64,000 nucleotides of DNA from positions 704,001 to 768,000 of the forward strand of contig CBDAOY010000007.1 in NCBI GenBank assembly GCA_965198225.1. Reading direction: 5' to 3'. The position numbers were made by a program, and so were the translations under genes. Below the pieces are notes generated by a model. That model worked only from the letters and a program-made list of their open reading frames with translations. It had not been told where the DNA came from and did not search any database. Of this stretch, positions 49,747-59,063 are shown one piece after another. Origin of the DNA: Terriglobia bacterium (GTDB taxonomy: Bacteria; Acidobacteriota; Terriglobia; 20CM-2-55-15). How positions within the stretch are numbered: the first letter of the stretch is position 1; each line of letters opens with the position of its first letter.

Positions 49747-50146
49747 GCGGTTCCTAACTTTTCTGCTCATCGAACAGCCCGGGGACAGGGCTATACCCCT
49801 GTCCCCCTCACGTTGGCTCTCGCACGCACGTTCCGCAGAAACGGAAAACAGATATTCGACACCAGCGAGACGATTATGAAAGACAGGGGCGTGGGGGGAC
49901 CGGACCAGCTGTCTTTCTCCCGAGCCGTCCGCAATGCGCGTCTGTCGTCGAACGCTTTCAGTCGAAGTGAGAGGGGGACGGTGGGCCCGACGCTAAAGAA
50001 TAGTCGGGGACAGGTCGAAGCCCTGTCCCCGGGTGTTCAGTTCGCCTGAAAATTAGGGGCCGCCGTGGATCATTACAGATTTCGCTATCGGAGAGTCCAC
50101 AATGGAAATTCGAGATTGCAGATTCGAAATTTGAGATTGGGGCATT

Positions 50147-51045
50147 CTAGCGCTTGCGCGCAGCGACCACCCTCGGAATACCCTGCAGGTCGGTCCGCGT
50201 TGGCAGCAGATCCCAGCCCTCGCCAAACAGTTTCCGCACACCTTCCTCCAGGGCGAAACCGATTTCCGCGACGAGATAACCTCGGTGGATCAGCCGATCG
50301 TGTGCCTGGGGGATGAGTCTGGAAGCCGAAGCCCAGCAGAAGGCCGAGGAGACGAAGGCGGCCGCGGAAGCCCGAACCGCCGAACGGCTCTGTACACACT
50401 CAACGTGTCATCGGGAGCGAACAGGGCGACGTGTGGTTCGTAGTTCCGGACTTCCTTCTGCAGACTGTGATAGTCGCCACGGGCGACGTACGGTGGATTG
50501 CTGACGACGAATTCGAACAGGCCTCCAACGGCATCAAGAACGTCTACGGCGGCCAGCGCCACCTCCGCTCCGAGTTCGGCTGCGTTGTGTCGCGCGACGC
50601 CGAGGCCTTCGGGTGAAACGTCGATTGCGAACACCTGCGCGTCAGGTATTTCCAGGGCGAGTGTCACGCCGATGCATCCGGAGCCGGTGCCCATATCGAC
50701 GATGCGGGCCCCCGCCCATTCGTTCAGGTCGCAAACCGTCTCGATGACCAGTTCTGTTTCCGGACGCGGAATGAGCACCGACGAGTTGACCTCGAAAGAC
50801 CGCCCGAAGAATTCCTGGATGCCGGTGATGTGTTGCAGTGGCTCGCCGGCCGACTTTCGATCCAGCATGGATCGGTAGGCGTCGAGGTGTGCCGGCCCCA
50901 TTTCGTCCCTGTCGTGAGAGTAGAGATAAGGGCGCTCGACTCCGAGGCAGTGGCTGAGGAGCACTTCCGCCGACAGGCGCGGGGAAGAGATTTGACTCTT
51001 GTCCAGGATTGCGGTCCCGGCGGCAATCGCCTCGCGCAGTGTCAC
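50147..51045 (-). pseudogene. prmC: Release factor glutamine methyltransferase PrmC/HemK interrupted by a 68-nt out-of-frame insertion (or assembly artefact)
   Basis: GEPLQHI, LIPRPETE, DMGTGSG, SNPPY; the genuine C-terminus RLIPQAHDRL..GYLVAEIGF...TDLQGIPRVVAARKR* lies in another frame after 50321-50388. Confidence 0.8.
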
Positions 51046-52133
51046 GCCACGAGTTCTTTTTTCAGCCGCTCGGCTTGGAAGTGGGTGGACAGGGCATCGA
51101 TGATCTCGTCGACATCGCCGGCCGTCACAGCGTCCAGGCGGTGAAGCGTCAGGCCGATCCGGTGATCGGTCACGCGATTCTGGGGGTAGTTATACGTGCG
51201 GATCTTTTCACTGCGGTCACCCGTGCCCACCATCGATCGGCGTTCATCGGCAAGGGCCTGCTGTTGTCTTTCGAGCTCGAGGTCATACAGCCGGGAACGC
51301 AACACGCGGAGCGCCTTTGCGCGGTTCTTGATCTGCGACTTTTCGTCCTGACAGCTCACCACGAGCCCGGTAGGCACATGAGTGATCCGGACGGCCGAAT
51401 AGGTCGTGTTCACGCTCTGGCCGCCGGGGCCCGATGAGCAGAACGTGTCGATTCGCAGGTCCTTCTCGTCGATGTCGACTTCAACCTCGTCGGCTTCCGG
51501 CAGCACCGCGACCGTTACGGCAGAAGTGTGGATACGGCCGCTGGATTCGGTAGACGGCACTCTCTGGACGCGGTGCACCCCGCTCTCATACTTCATACGG
51601 CTGTATACGCCCTTGCCCTCGATCAGGAGGATGATCTCCTTGAAGCCTCCCACACCGGTGAGGTTCGACGAGATGATCTCCACTTTCCAGCGCTTCGTCT
51701 CGGCGTACCGGGAGTACATCCGGAAGAGGTCGGCCGTGAACAGCGTTGCTTCGTCGCCCCCGGTGCCGGCTCGAATTTCCAGGATGACGTTGCGTTCGTC
51801 GTTGGGGTCCGTCGGCAGGAGCAGCGTCCGGAGGCCCAGCCGACACTCCTCGAGCCGCTGTTCCAACGACGCCAACTCTTCTTCGGCCATGGCTTTCATT
51901 TCCGGGTCGTCTTCGGCTTCGCGGAGCATCGCCCGGGTGTCGGAGATCCCGCGATCCAGGCCCTGGTACTCGTGGAACTTCGAGACTATTTCACCCAACT
52001 CGCTGTGGGCCTTGGCGGTCTTCTGGTACCGGCGGTTGTCGGCAACCACCTCGGGCTCCCCGAGCTCACTTGTCAACTCATCGTAGCGTTGCTCAAGCGC
52101 CTGCAGCTTTTCTACCAGAAGATCGTCGTTCAT
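51042..52133 (-). CDS. prfA: Peptide chain release factor 1
   Basis: [17 protein letters not shown] (PxT), [17 protein letters not shown]. Confidence 0.97.
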   Translation of the reverse strand: MNDDLLVEKLQALEQRYDELTSELGEPEVVADNRRYQKTAKAHSELGEIVSKFHEYQGLDRGISDTRAMLREAEDDPEMKAMAEEELASLEQRLEECRLGLRTLLLPTDPNDERNVILEIRAGTGGDEATLFTADLFRMYSRYAETKRWKVEIISSNLTGVGGFKEIILLIEGKGVYSRMKYESGVHRVQRVPSTESSGRIHTSAVTVAVLPEADEVEVDIDEKDLRIDTFCSSGPGGQSVNTTYSAVRITHVPTGLVVSCQDEKSQIKNRAKALRVLRSRLYDLELERQQQALADERRSMVGTGDRSEKIRTYNYPQNRVTDHRIGLTLHRLDAVTAGDVDEIIDALSTHFQAERLKKELVA

Positions 52134-52674
52134 GACGCCGGTTCCTCTACGGCGAGCGCTTCTTCGAGCGCGACGATAGCTACTTTCAACTGGTCCTCAT
52201 CGGGCTCGTTGGTCGTGATCCTCTGAAGCCAGAGCCCCGGCATCGTAAGCCAGCGTACGATGCTTCGCGGGTTTCTTGCCGCGTAGCGGATGATCTCGTA
52301 GGAGATTCCCGCCACGAGCGGCAACAAAACGATCCTGGACAGAAGCTTTGCCACGAAACCGTCGAAATGGAGCAGAGAGAAGACCAGAATGCTGACCCCC
52401 ATCACTACCAGGAGAAAACTCGTACCGCACCGGGGGTGCAGGGTGGAGTATTTCTTGGCGTTCTCGGCCAGCAGATCCTCCCTTGCCTCAACCGGTTCCC
52501 GATCGTCGACACCGAGCCGTCCGGCTTGCGCACCGCCACCGAGTACCCTTTGGGCGAACGCATCATGACCCCCTCGATGACCGCCTGCCCCCCGACCAGG
52601 ACGTCGTCCTCGTCCGAAGCTGTGGCCCAGCCGGTCGCCGTGATCGAGAGACACTTCAGGTATCGGAGCAGCAC
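52130..52674 (-). pseudogene. DUF1385 (YqhQ-like) gene with internal deletion and frameshift
   Basis: N-terminal [12 protein letters not shown] in one frame and C-terminal HPRCGTSF...PGLWLQRITT.EP in another; the central region is absent. Confidence 0.75.
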
Positions 52675-52683
52675 CGCTAACCC

Positions 52684-52890
52684 CTAACTCTTGTTTTTTC
52701 GGTACTTTCGCTCGAATCGTTCGACACGCCCGGCCGTATCGACGAGCTTTTGCTTGCCGGTGAAGAAGGGATGACACTTGGAGCAGATCTCCAGGTGGAT
52801 TTCCGGCTTCGTAGAACGGGTATGGAAAGTCTCTCCACAGGCGCAGGTGACGACTGCTTCCACGTACTTGGGATGAATGCCCTCTTTCAT
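52684..52890 (-). CDS. rpmE: 50S ribosomal protein L31 (Zn-binding type)
   Basis: [29 protein letters not shown]. Confidence 0.97.
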   Translation of the reverse strand: MKEGIHPKYVEAVVTCACGETFHTRSTKPEIHLEICSKCHPFFTGKQKLVDTAGRVERFERKYRKNKS

Positions 52891-53162
52891 GAAACCTCCG
52901 TCTTGCTACAACCTTTTCATTATAGGGACGCTAGCAAATCCTAACAAGTAGCTGCTCCCCGGTGAGAGGTCGGGCAAGCTTGGGAGCGGGGTCCTGTGAC
53001 GTAGGGCTCAAGCAGCACGAAAACGGGCCTCCCGAAACGGGATAAATCCCTGACTATCAGTCAACTGACACACAGTTGCCGCCCCCGAGTCAAGGTTGCA
53101 ATGGGCCGTAGAATCCGGTACCGTAAGTACTTTGTAATCACCGCAGGAGGAAAACAAGTCAA

Positions 53163-54911
53163 ATGGTTAACAAACCCGAAGAATTGGCCGACGCTCCGTC
53201 GCAGGAAACGACGAGCGGCGGTCAATTTGCAGATTCCCAAGGAGGAGAGGAGGAAGAAAGCTACGAAAAGCTTTTGGATCAGTACGGTGGAATACGGAAG
53301 TTCGCCGAAGGCGAGGTGTTGAAGGGGACGGTCTTGAAGATCACGTCGACCGACGTGGTCGTCGATATCGGTTACAAGTCCGAAGGAGTCATACCCATAA
53401 ACCAGTTTCAAACGCCGTCCGGAGACCCCGAGGTCGCTATTGGCGATGTCGTCGACGTGTTCATTGAGAATACGGAGGACTACGAGGGACATATCGTACT
53501 GTCGAAGGAGAAGGCCGAGAAGGTACGAGTTTGGGAAGATGTCGAGAAAGCCTACAACGAAGAGACAGTCATCGACGGCCGTGTGATCGAAAGGATCAAG
53601 GGCGGGTTGGCTGTCGACATCGGTGTTCGAGCATTCCTTCCCGGTTCCCAGATCGACGTCCGGCCGGTAAAGAACCTGGATTCCTTGCGGGGTCAGGAGA
53701 TCCAGTGTCGCGTGATCAAGCTGAACAGAAAGCGCGGCAACATCGTGCTTTCCCGGAAGCTGGTCCTGGAACAGGCACTGAACATCAGGAAGGCCGAAAC
53801 CCTCGCAAACTTGCGGGACGACGCCGTCATCACCGGTGTCGTCAAGAACATTACCGATTACGGGGTGTTCATCGATCTGGGCGGACTCGATGGTCTGCTG
53901 CACGTGACAGACCTGTCCTGGGGGCGCGTCAACCACCCCTCCGAGCTGTTCAGCGTCGGCGACGAGATCACTGTGAAAGTCCTCAAGTTCGACCGTGAAA
54001 AGGAACGGGTGTCGCTGGGGTACAAGCAGTTAACGCCGGATCCCTGGTCCCTGATCCATGAGCGCTATCCGATAGGCTCCCGTGTGCAGGGAAAGGTGGT
54101 CAACATCACCGACTACGGGGCTTTCGTGGAACTGGAAACCGGTGTCGAAGGCCTGATCCACGTTTCTGAGATGTCCTGGAGCAAGCGGGTCAAACATCCG
54201 TCGAAGGTGCTCGACGCCGGCCAGGAGGTAGAGGCCGTCGTCCTGGACCTGGACAGTGATGGAAGACGGATATCGCTAGGCTTGAAGCAGATCGGGCCCG
54301 ATCCCTGGGTGACGCTGGCCGGGCGGTATGCCGTCGGATCGGTAATCGAGGGCCGCGTCCGGAACCTGACAGACTTCGGTGCTTTTATCGAGGTCGAAGA
54401 GGGCATTGACGGGCTTGTGCATGTTTCGGACATTTCTCAGCGACGAATCAAACATCCGTCCGAGATCCTCAAGAAGGGCGAGCAGGTTCAGGCCATCATC
54501 CTGAACATCGACATCGACAACCATCGGTTGTCGATGGGAATCCGGCAGCTTCAGCCCGACGTCTGGGACCAGTTCTTCGATTCCCATCACGTCGGTGACA
54601 ACGTGCGGGGTAGAATCGTCCGGCACGCCCCGTTCGGCATCTTCGTCGAACTGGACGAGGGCATCGAAGGTCTGTGCCACATCTCGGAGATCGACGACGA
54701 TGATCGCGACAATCCTGAGGAACGCTTCAAAGTCGGCGACGAAGTCGAACTGCGGGTCATAAAACTGAACCCATCGGAGCGGAAGATCGGCCTCAGCTAC
54801 AAGGCGCTGGCCGAGGATGTCGAGCGGCAGGAAATGAACGAGTACCGTGCCGCATCGGACGGAAGCGCGACGTTGGCGGATCTTTTCACGAAGGACGCGA
54901 ATAACAACTGA
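53163..54911 (+). CDS. rpsA: 30S ribosomal protein S1
   Basis: Six S1 repeats (DIGYKSEG, AFLPGS, DGLLH, EGLIH, DGLVH, EGLCH); AGGAGG upstream. Confidence 0.97.
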   Translation: MVNKPEELADAPSQETTSGGQFADSQGGEEEESYEKLLDQYGGIRKFAEGEVLKGTVLKITSTDVVVDIGYKSEGVIPINQFQTPSGDPEVAIGDVVDVFIENTEDYEGHIVLSKEKAEKVRVWEDVEKAYNEETVIDGRVIERIKGGLAVDIGVRAFLPGSQIDVRPVKNLDSLRGQEIQCRVIKLNRKRGNIVLSRKLVLEQALNIRKAETLANLRDDAVITGVVKNITDYGVFIDLGGLDGLLHVTDLSWGRVNHPSELFSVGDEITVKVLKFDREKERVSLGYKQLTPDPWSLIHERYPIGSRVQGKVVNITDYGAFVELETGVEGLIHVSEMSWSKRVKHPSKVLDAGQEVEAVVLDLDSDGRRISLGLKQIGPDPWVTLAGRYAVGSVIEGRVRNLTDFGAFIEVEEGIDGLVHVSDISQRRIKHPSEILKKGEQVQAIILNIDIDNHRLSMGIRQLQPDVWDQFFDSHHVGDNVRGRIVRHAPFGIFVELDEGIEGLCHISEIDDDDRDNPEERFKVGDEVELRVIKLNPSERKIGLSYKALAEDVERQEMNEYRAASDGSATLADLFTKDANNN

Positions 54912-54986
54912 TCTCGGTGGTGCTTGCCCTTTCCCGGGTGTGGCGCGGAACCGGTCGACCGGTTCCACAACCGGAACGTACGCGTT

Positions 54987-55883
54987 ATGCGCAATCGCAT
55001 GCTCATATGGCTCCTCCTGGGTGGTGGAGCCCTTGTGCTCTTCTCGGTGACCGTCGTCGCGCTCGTCCTCACTCTCGCCCAACCCGACGGTGGCGGGGAT
55101 TTCGGCTTTTCCGACAGGATCCAGGTTGTCGACATCGAAGGGCCACTGTTGGATTCCCGATTCCTGCTGCAGCAGTTGAAGAGGTACGAGGAATCCGATT
55201 CCGTACAAGGCATTCTGCTCAACATCGACTCGCCGGGAGGCGGTGTGGCCGTGTCGCAGGAGCTCTACACCGAAGTGCGGCGGCTCAGGGAGGAGAAGGA
55301 CAAGACCGTTGTTGCCTACCTGTCTTCGGTGGGGGCGTCGGGAGCGTACTACGTTGCCTGCGCCGCCGATCAGATCGTCGCCAGCCCAGGTTCGGTCGTG
55401 GGCAGCATCGGTGTGATTATGGAGTGGTTGAACTACGGTGAACTCCTCGAGTGGGCGAAGTTGAGCAACATCGTGTTCACGAGCGGAGAGTTCAAAGACA
55501 CCGGCACTCCGACCCGCGAGCCGACTGCCTCGGAGCAGGAGTATTTCCAGGGGTTGATCGACGATATGTACGTCCAGTTCGTCGAAGCCGTGGCCACGGG
55601 GCGCGACCTGGATATTGCCGACGTTCGCGAGTTTGCCGACGGACGGGTCTTCACGGGCAGGGCCGCCAAAGAACGGGAGATGATCGACGAGGTGGGCAAC
55701 TTTCAGGATGCGGTGAACCTGACGGCCCGGCTCGCGGGTATCTCCGGGAAACCGCGGCTGGTGCGGCTCGGTCGCGAGCGAGTGACCCTTCTCGACGTGC
55801 TCACGAGCGATATTTCTCAAGTTCTTCCCGCAAGCAGGCAGGCGTTCGGATCACAGATTCGGTTCCAGTATCTGTGGAAATGA
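54987..55883 (+). CDS. sppA: Signal peptide peptidase SppA (short form)
   Basis: IDSPGG, ASGAYYVA, GSIGVI, SGEFKD, DGRVFTG; start set at ATG 54987. Confidence 0.92.
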   Translation: MRNRMLIWLLLGGGALVLFSVTVVALVLTLAQPDGGGDFGFSDRIQVVDIEGPLLDSRFLLQQLKRYEESDSVQGILLNIDSPGGGVAVSQELYTEVRRLREEKDKTVVAYLSSVGASGAYYVACAADQIVASPGSVVGSIGVIMEWLNYGELLEWAKLSNIVFTSGEFKDTGTPTREPTASEQEYFQGLIDDMYVQFVEAVATGRDLDIADVREFADGRVFTGRAAKEREMIDEVGNFQDAVNLTARLAGISGKPRLVRLGRERVTLLDVLTSDISQVLPASRQAFGSQIRFQYLWK

Positions 55884-55947
55884 CAGCAGACGGCGAGGCC
55901 CCTCTTACAGGCGACGCCGGCAAAAAGGTGTAAGGAGTTAAAGGGTA

Positions 55948-56283
55948 ATGACCAAGGCAGACCTGGTTGAAGAGGTAGCCCGCGTGACTCAGTTGACGCG
56001 AAAGGATTCGGAAGTCATCGTGGACACCCTGTTTGAGAATGTAATCAAAGCTCTCAAAGCCGGGGACAAACTCGAGGTGCGAGGCTTCGGCAGCTTTCGA
56101 GTGCGGCAACGGAACGCCCGCGTGGGACGCAATCCCAAGACGGGTGAAAAAGTCGAAGTGCCGGCCAAGCGAGTTCCTTACTTCAAGCCGAGCAAGGAGC
56201 TCAAGGATCTGATCAATCAGAAGTCGACGCTTTTCAGTGCCGAGCCCGTTGAGCCCGCTCCCCCGGAAAGTCCCGGCTTCTGA
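55948..56283 (+). CDS. HU/IHF-family DNA-binding protein (IHF-beta-like position)
   Basis: MTKADL, RGFGSF, GRNPKTGE, FKPSKELK; downstream of rpsA-sppA. Confidence 0.93.
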   Translation: MTKADLVEEVARVTQLTRKDSEVIVDTLFENVIKALKAGDKLEVRGFGSFRVRQRNARVGRNPKTGEKVEVPAKRVPYFKPSKELKDLINQKSTLFSAEPVEPAPPESPGF

Positions 56284-56284
56284 G

Positions 56285-56770
56285 GTGGATTTTCTTCGGA
56301 GTCCGTGGCGGTACAACTACGTCCGATCCGCCACGGAGTCCGTTCCTGCTGATTGCGTGTTCTGCGTCGCCGAGTCCACGGACCAGGATGCCGAGCGGTT
56401 GATCCTTTACCGGGGGCGCCTCAATTTCGTCATCATGAACTTGTTCCCGTACACGTCGGGACATCTCATGGTGGCGCCCTACCGACACATCGGCAACATC
56501 ATCGACGCCGTCGCCGAACAACTCGAAGAGATGATGACGCTGTCCAGGCAGGCTGTCAGTGTCCTGGACGACGTGTACCGTCCCGAGGGCTACAACATGG
56601 GGCTGAATCTCGGGCAGGCCGCAGGCGCCGGCATAAGAGATCACATGCACCTGCATGTCGTCCCGCGATGGGTCGGGGACACGAATTTCATGACTGCCAC
56701 TGGTGAAACCCGGGTCCTGCCGGAAGATCTGGAAGTGGGGTATGAGATGCTGAAACCCCTGTTTAACTGA
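56285..56770 (+). CDS. HIT-family hydrolase
   Basis: PWR, CVFC, NLFPYTSGHLM, HMHLHVVPRW; GTG start 56285. Confidence 0.92.
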   Translation: MDFLRSPWRYNYVRSATESVPADCVFCVAESTDQDAERLILYRGRLNFVIMNLFPYTSGHLMVAPYRHIGNIIDAVAEQLEEMMTLSRQAVSVLDDVYRPEGYNMGLNLGQAAGAGIRDHMHLHVVPRWVGDTNFMTATGETRVLPEDLEVGYEMLKPLFN

Positions 56771-56891
56771 CATCTCGGAGGTCGACCGACACCTCTGCTT
56801 ACCGGACACCCGGGGACAGGGCCAGGCCCCTGTCCCCCTCACATTGGCTCTCTCTCGGTTCCTTTCGCGCCAACGGACAACGGCTTACGGC

Positions 56892-57345
56892 CTACGACCT
56901 GATCTCCTTCTCCATCAAATAGGCGTCCGCCCCGTTGCCGTAGTAGCCCCTCAGAGTCTGGCGGGTTCCAAACCCGTGCTTTTGGTAAAAAGCGATCGCG
57001 CTCTCGTTCGAGACGTCAACCTGCAGCCGGTAGCGGCTGATGTTCTGTTTGCGGAGCACCTCCTCGGAACGCGCGAGTAGGAGGGATCCGATACCCGCGT
57101 TGCGGTGCGGCTCGACCACATCCAGGGTCACGAGTGTGGCGCGTCGGCTCTCAGGCTCACTCTCCAGAACAAGGAATCCGACTGTCTCGCCTTCGACTTC
57201 GGCCACCAGATTCGTGGCTCCGACCTGGGACATGAAATAGCTGAGTTCCCATCGATCGTAAGCAACTTCTGGCGGATAGCAGCTCTGGTCGATGGCGAGT
57301 AGTGTCGGGAAATCCGCAGCCGGCCATCCGGATTCGTCTTTTCAT
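56892..57345 (-). pseudogene. RimI-like GNAT acetyltransferase with a frameshift near codon 9
   Basis: MKRRIRMA then shifted frame AADFPTLLAIDQSCYPPEVAY...TLDV...GIGS...SNESAIAFYQKHGF...YYGNGADAYLM. Confidence 0.7.
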
Positions 57346-57387
57346 CGTTGAAGAATCCAGTTCTTTGTACTTATGATAACTCTATAG

Positions 57388-57633
57388 ATGCAGCGTTGCT
57401 TCCATCTCTATGGATCCGGCCGGCAGTGTGAGTCAGAAGCCGTGCCGGGTAGCGATTTCTGTGAGAGTCATATCTCCGAGGTCGATTTCGAGAGACTCAA
57501 AGACGGGCCCTTCAGGAAGCTGGCACTGAAGATCGTAGCCCTCATTCTGTTGATCATGTTCATGGTTCCGTTCTACTACACGCTCAAGTCTCTCTACGCT
57601 AGTCGCCCGACCCAGGCCCAGGAGGGCTGGTGA
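57388..57633 (+). CDS. Small membrane protein with N-terminal Cys/His cluster
   Basis: C-x9-C-x10-C-x2-H then a TM helix; stop overlaps the next start (GTGA). Confidence 0.65.
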   Translation: MQRCFHLYGSGRQCESEAVPGSDFCESHISEVDFERLKDGPFRKLALKIVALILLIMFMVPFYYTLKSLYASRPTQAQEGW

Positions 57634-58415
57634 GGCGCAGGATAGTCGCGGCGTCGATCGTCTTCGGTCTCCTGGCTGCTGCGGGCGTGTTCGCTCAACA
57701 AGAATTAGGCCTGCTGGGACGGTATGACGATGCCAGGTTTGTCGACCAGAACAAGCAGACGACGAACCAGTTCGCCTTCACGAGACTGATCTACAACGGT
57801 CGGATTCCCGCCTACATCAAGAATTGGTACACGGACTGGCCCGCGGCCGACCGGCAGCTGATCATGGGAATCCAACGGCTGTCGAACCTCAACATCGCGG
57901 ACGAAGAACGTCTGATTCCCCTGAACGACCCCGATCTTTTCGAGTATCCCTTCCTCTACACAAGCGAGCCCGGCCAGATGGTTTTGACCCAATCCGATGC
58001 AGCAATCATGCGGGAGTATCTGGAACGTGGCGGTTTTTGGGTCGTGGATGATTTCTGGGGCAGCTTCGAGTGGGCGAACTTCGAAGGCCAGATTCAGAAG
58101 ATACTGCCGGGCGCCGAGATAAAGGACATACCGCGAGACCACCCGATCTTCCACTGTTTCTACGACATCGACGAACTCATCCAGGTGCCGAGCCTGAACT
58201 ATGTCTACACCGGCATGATCATAGAACAGGACGGCTTCGAGGCGTTTTGCCGGGGGATCTGGGACGAGGATGGACGACTCATGGTTGTCATCAACCATAA
58301 TACTGACCTCGGTGATGCCTACGAGCACGCCGACCATCCACAGTATCCGAACTACTTTTCAGGCTATGCCTATCGGCTGGCCATCAACTTCATCATCTAC
58401 GCGCTCACTCATTGA
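57630..58415 (+). CDS. DUF4159-family protein
   Basis: WYTDWPAAD, YPFLY, YLERGGF..DDFWG, HPIFH, NTDLGD. Confidence 0.85.
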   Translation: MRRRIVAASIVFGLLAAAGVFAQQELGLLGRYDDARFVDQNKQTTNQFAFTRLIYNGRIPAYIKNWYTDWPAADRQLIMGIQRLSNLNIADEERLIPLNDPDLFEYPFLYTSEPGQMVLTQSDAAIMREYLERGGFWVVDDFWGSFEWANFEGQIQKILPGAEIKDIPRDHPIFHCFYDIDELIQVPSLNYVYTGMIIEQDGFEAFCRGIWDEDGRLMVVINHNTDLGDAYEHADHPQYPNYFSGYAYRLAINFIIYALTH

Positions 58416-58987
58416 TTGCAGCCATCGTTCTTGCCGCCGGAAAGTCTGAACGGATGGGCCAACCGAAGGCCCTGTTGCCGTATCAGGGTTCCACGTTTCT
58501 CGAGCACATACTCACAGCGATCGAGGAGTCGACGATCGACGAGACCGTCGTGGTCGTTGGACACCACCGCGAAGCCATCGCCCGGCGAGTCGATCTGCAT
58601 TCGGTGGTCTACAATGAGGACTATGAGGCGGGTATGGTGACCTCGCTTCAGGCAGGGATCCGCGTCCTGCCCGACGAAGCTGCCGGCGCTGTCATCTTTC
58701 TCGTGGACCACCCCGTGATAGGACACAAGACCATTGACGCACTGCTGTCGCGGTTCGAATCGGGTGCCATCCTTCTGCCGGTGTACGAAGGGCGGCGCGG
58801 CCACCCCGTGCTGTTCTCGAGGGCTGTTCTCGATGAAGTCCTGGAACTGCCGGCGTCGTTGGGAGCGAACGCCGTCGTCCGGAGGCGTCCGGAACGAGTC
58901 ATCGAAGTCGAAGTCGATGAGCCCGGTATCCTGGTGGATGTGGATACACCGGAACAATTGGAATCTTTAAGAAGTGACGAGTGTTGA
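58412..58987 (+). CDS. MocA/MobA-like nucleotidyltransferase
   Basis: LAAGKSERMG.PKALL, GMVTSL, DHP, GHPVLF, DVDTPE. Confidence 0.9.
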   Translation: MIAAIVLAAGKSERMGQPKALLPYQGSTFLEHILTAIEESTIDETVVVVGHHREAIARRVDLHSVVYNEDYEAGMVTSLQAGIRVLPDEAAGAVIFLVDHPVIGHKTIDALLSRFESGAILLPVYEGRRGHPVLFSRAVLDEVLELPASLGANAVVRRRPERVIEVEVDEPGILVDVDTPEQLESLRSDEC

Positions 58988-59063
58988 AGAAGTGGCCAGT
59001 GACGAGGAACCCCCCGTCTGCGCCTTGCTCTTTCCTCTGACTACTGAATACTGAAAGGTAAGA

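Noticed and set aside
50313-50504. 63-aa plus-strand ORF MSLEAEAQQKAEETK...
   Set aside because: Mostly antisense to prmC; only the 68-nt insert looks coding and it is treated as an insertion
52930-53160. Riboswitch or ncRNA between rpmE and rpsA
   Set aside because: Some hairpins are present but no family consensus is recognisable; likely promoters and the rpsA leader
54276-55820. Long antisense ORFs (514 aa here; also 33338-34399, 35393-36493, 36786-37727, 20425-21480)
   Set aside because: Expected shadows of GC3-rich genes, with no recognisable motifs
8305-56896. Repeat arrays as a possible CRISPR
   Set aside because: Repeats are short tandem or palindromic units without regular unique spacers, and no cas genes are present
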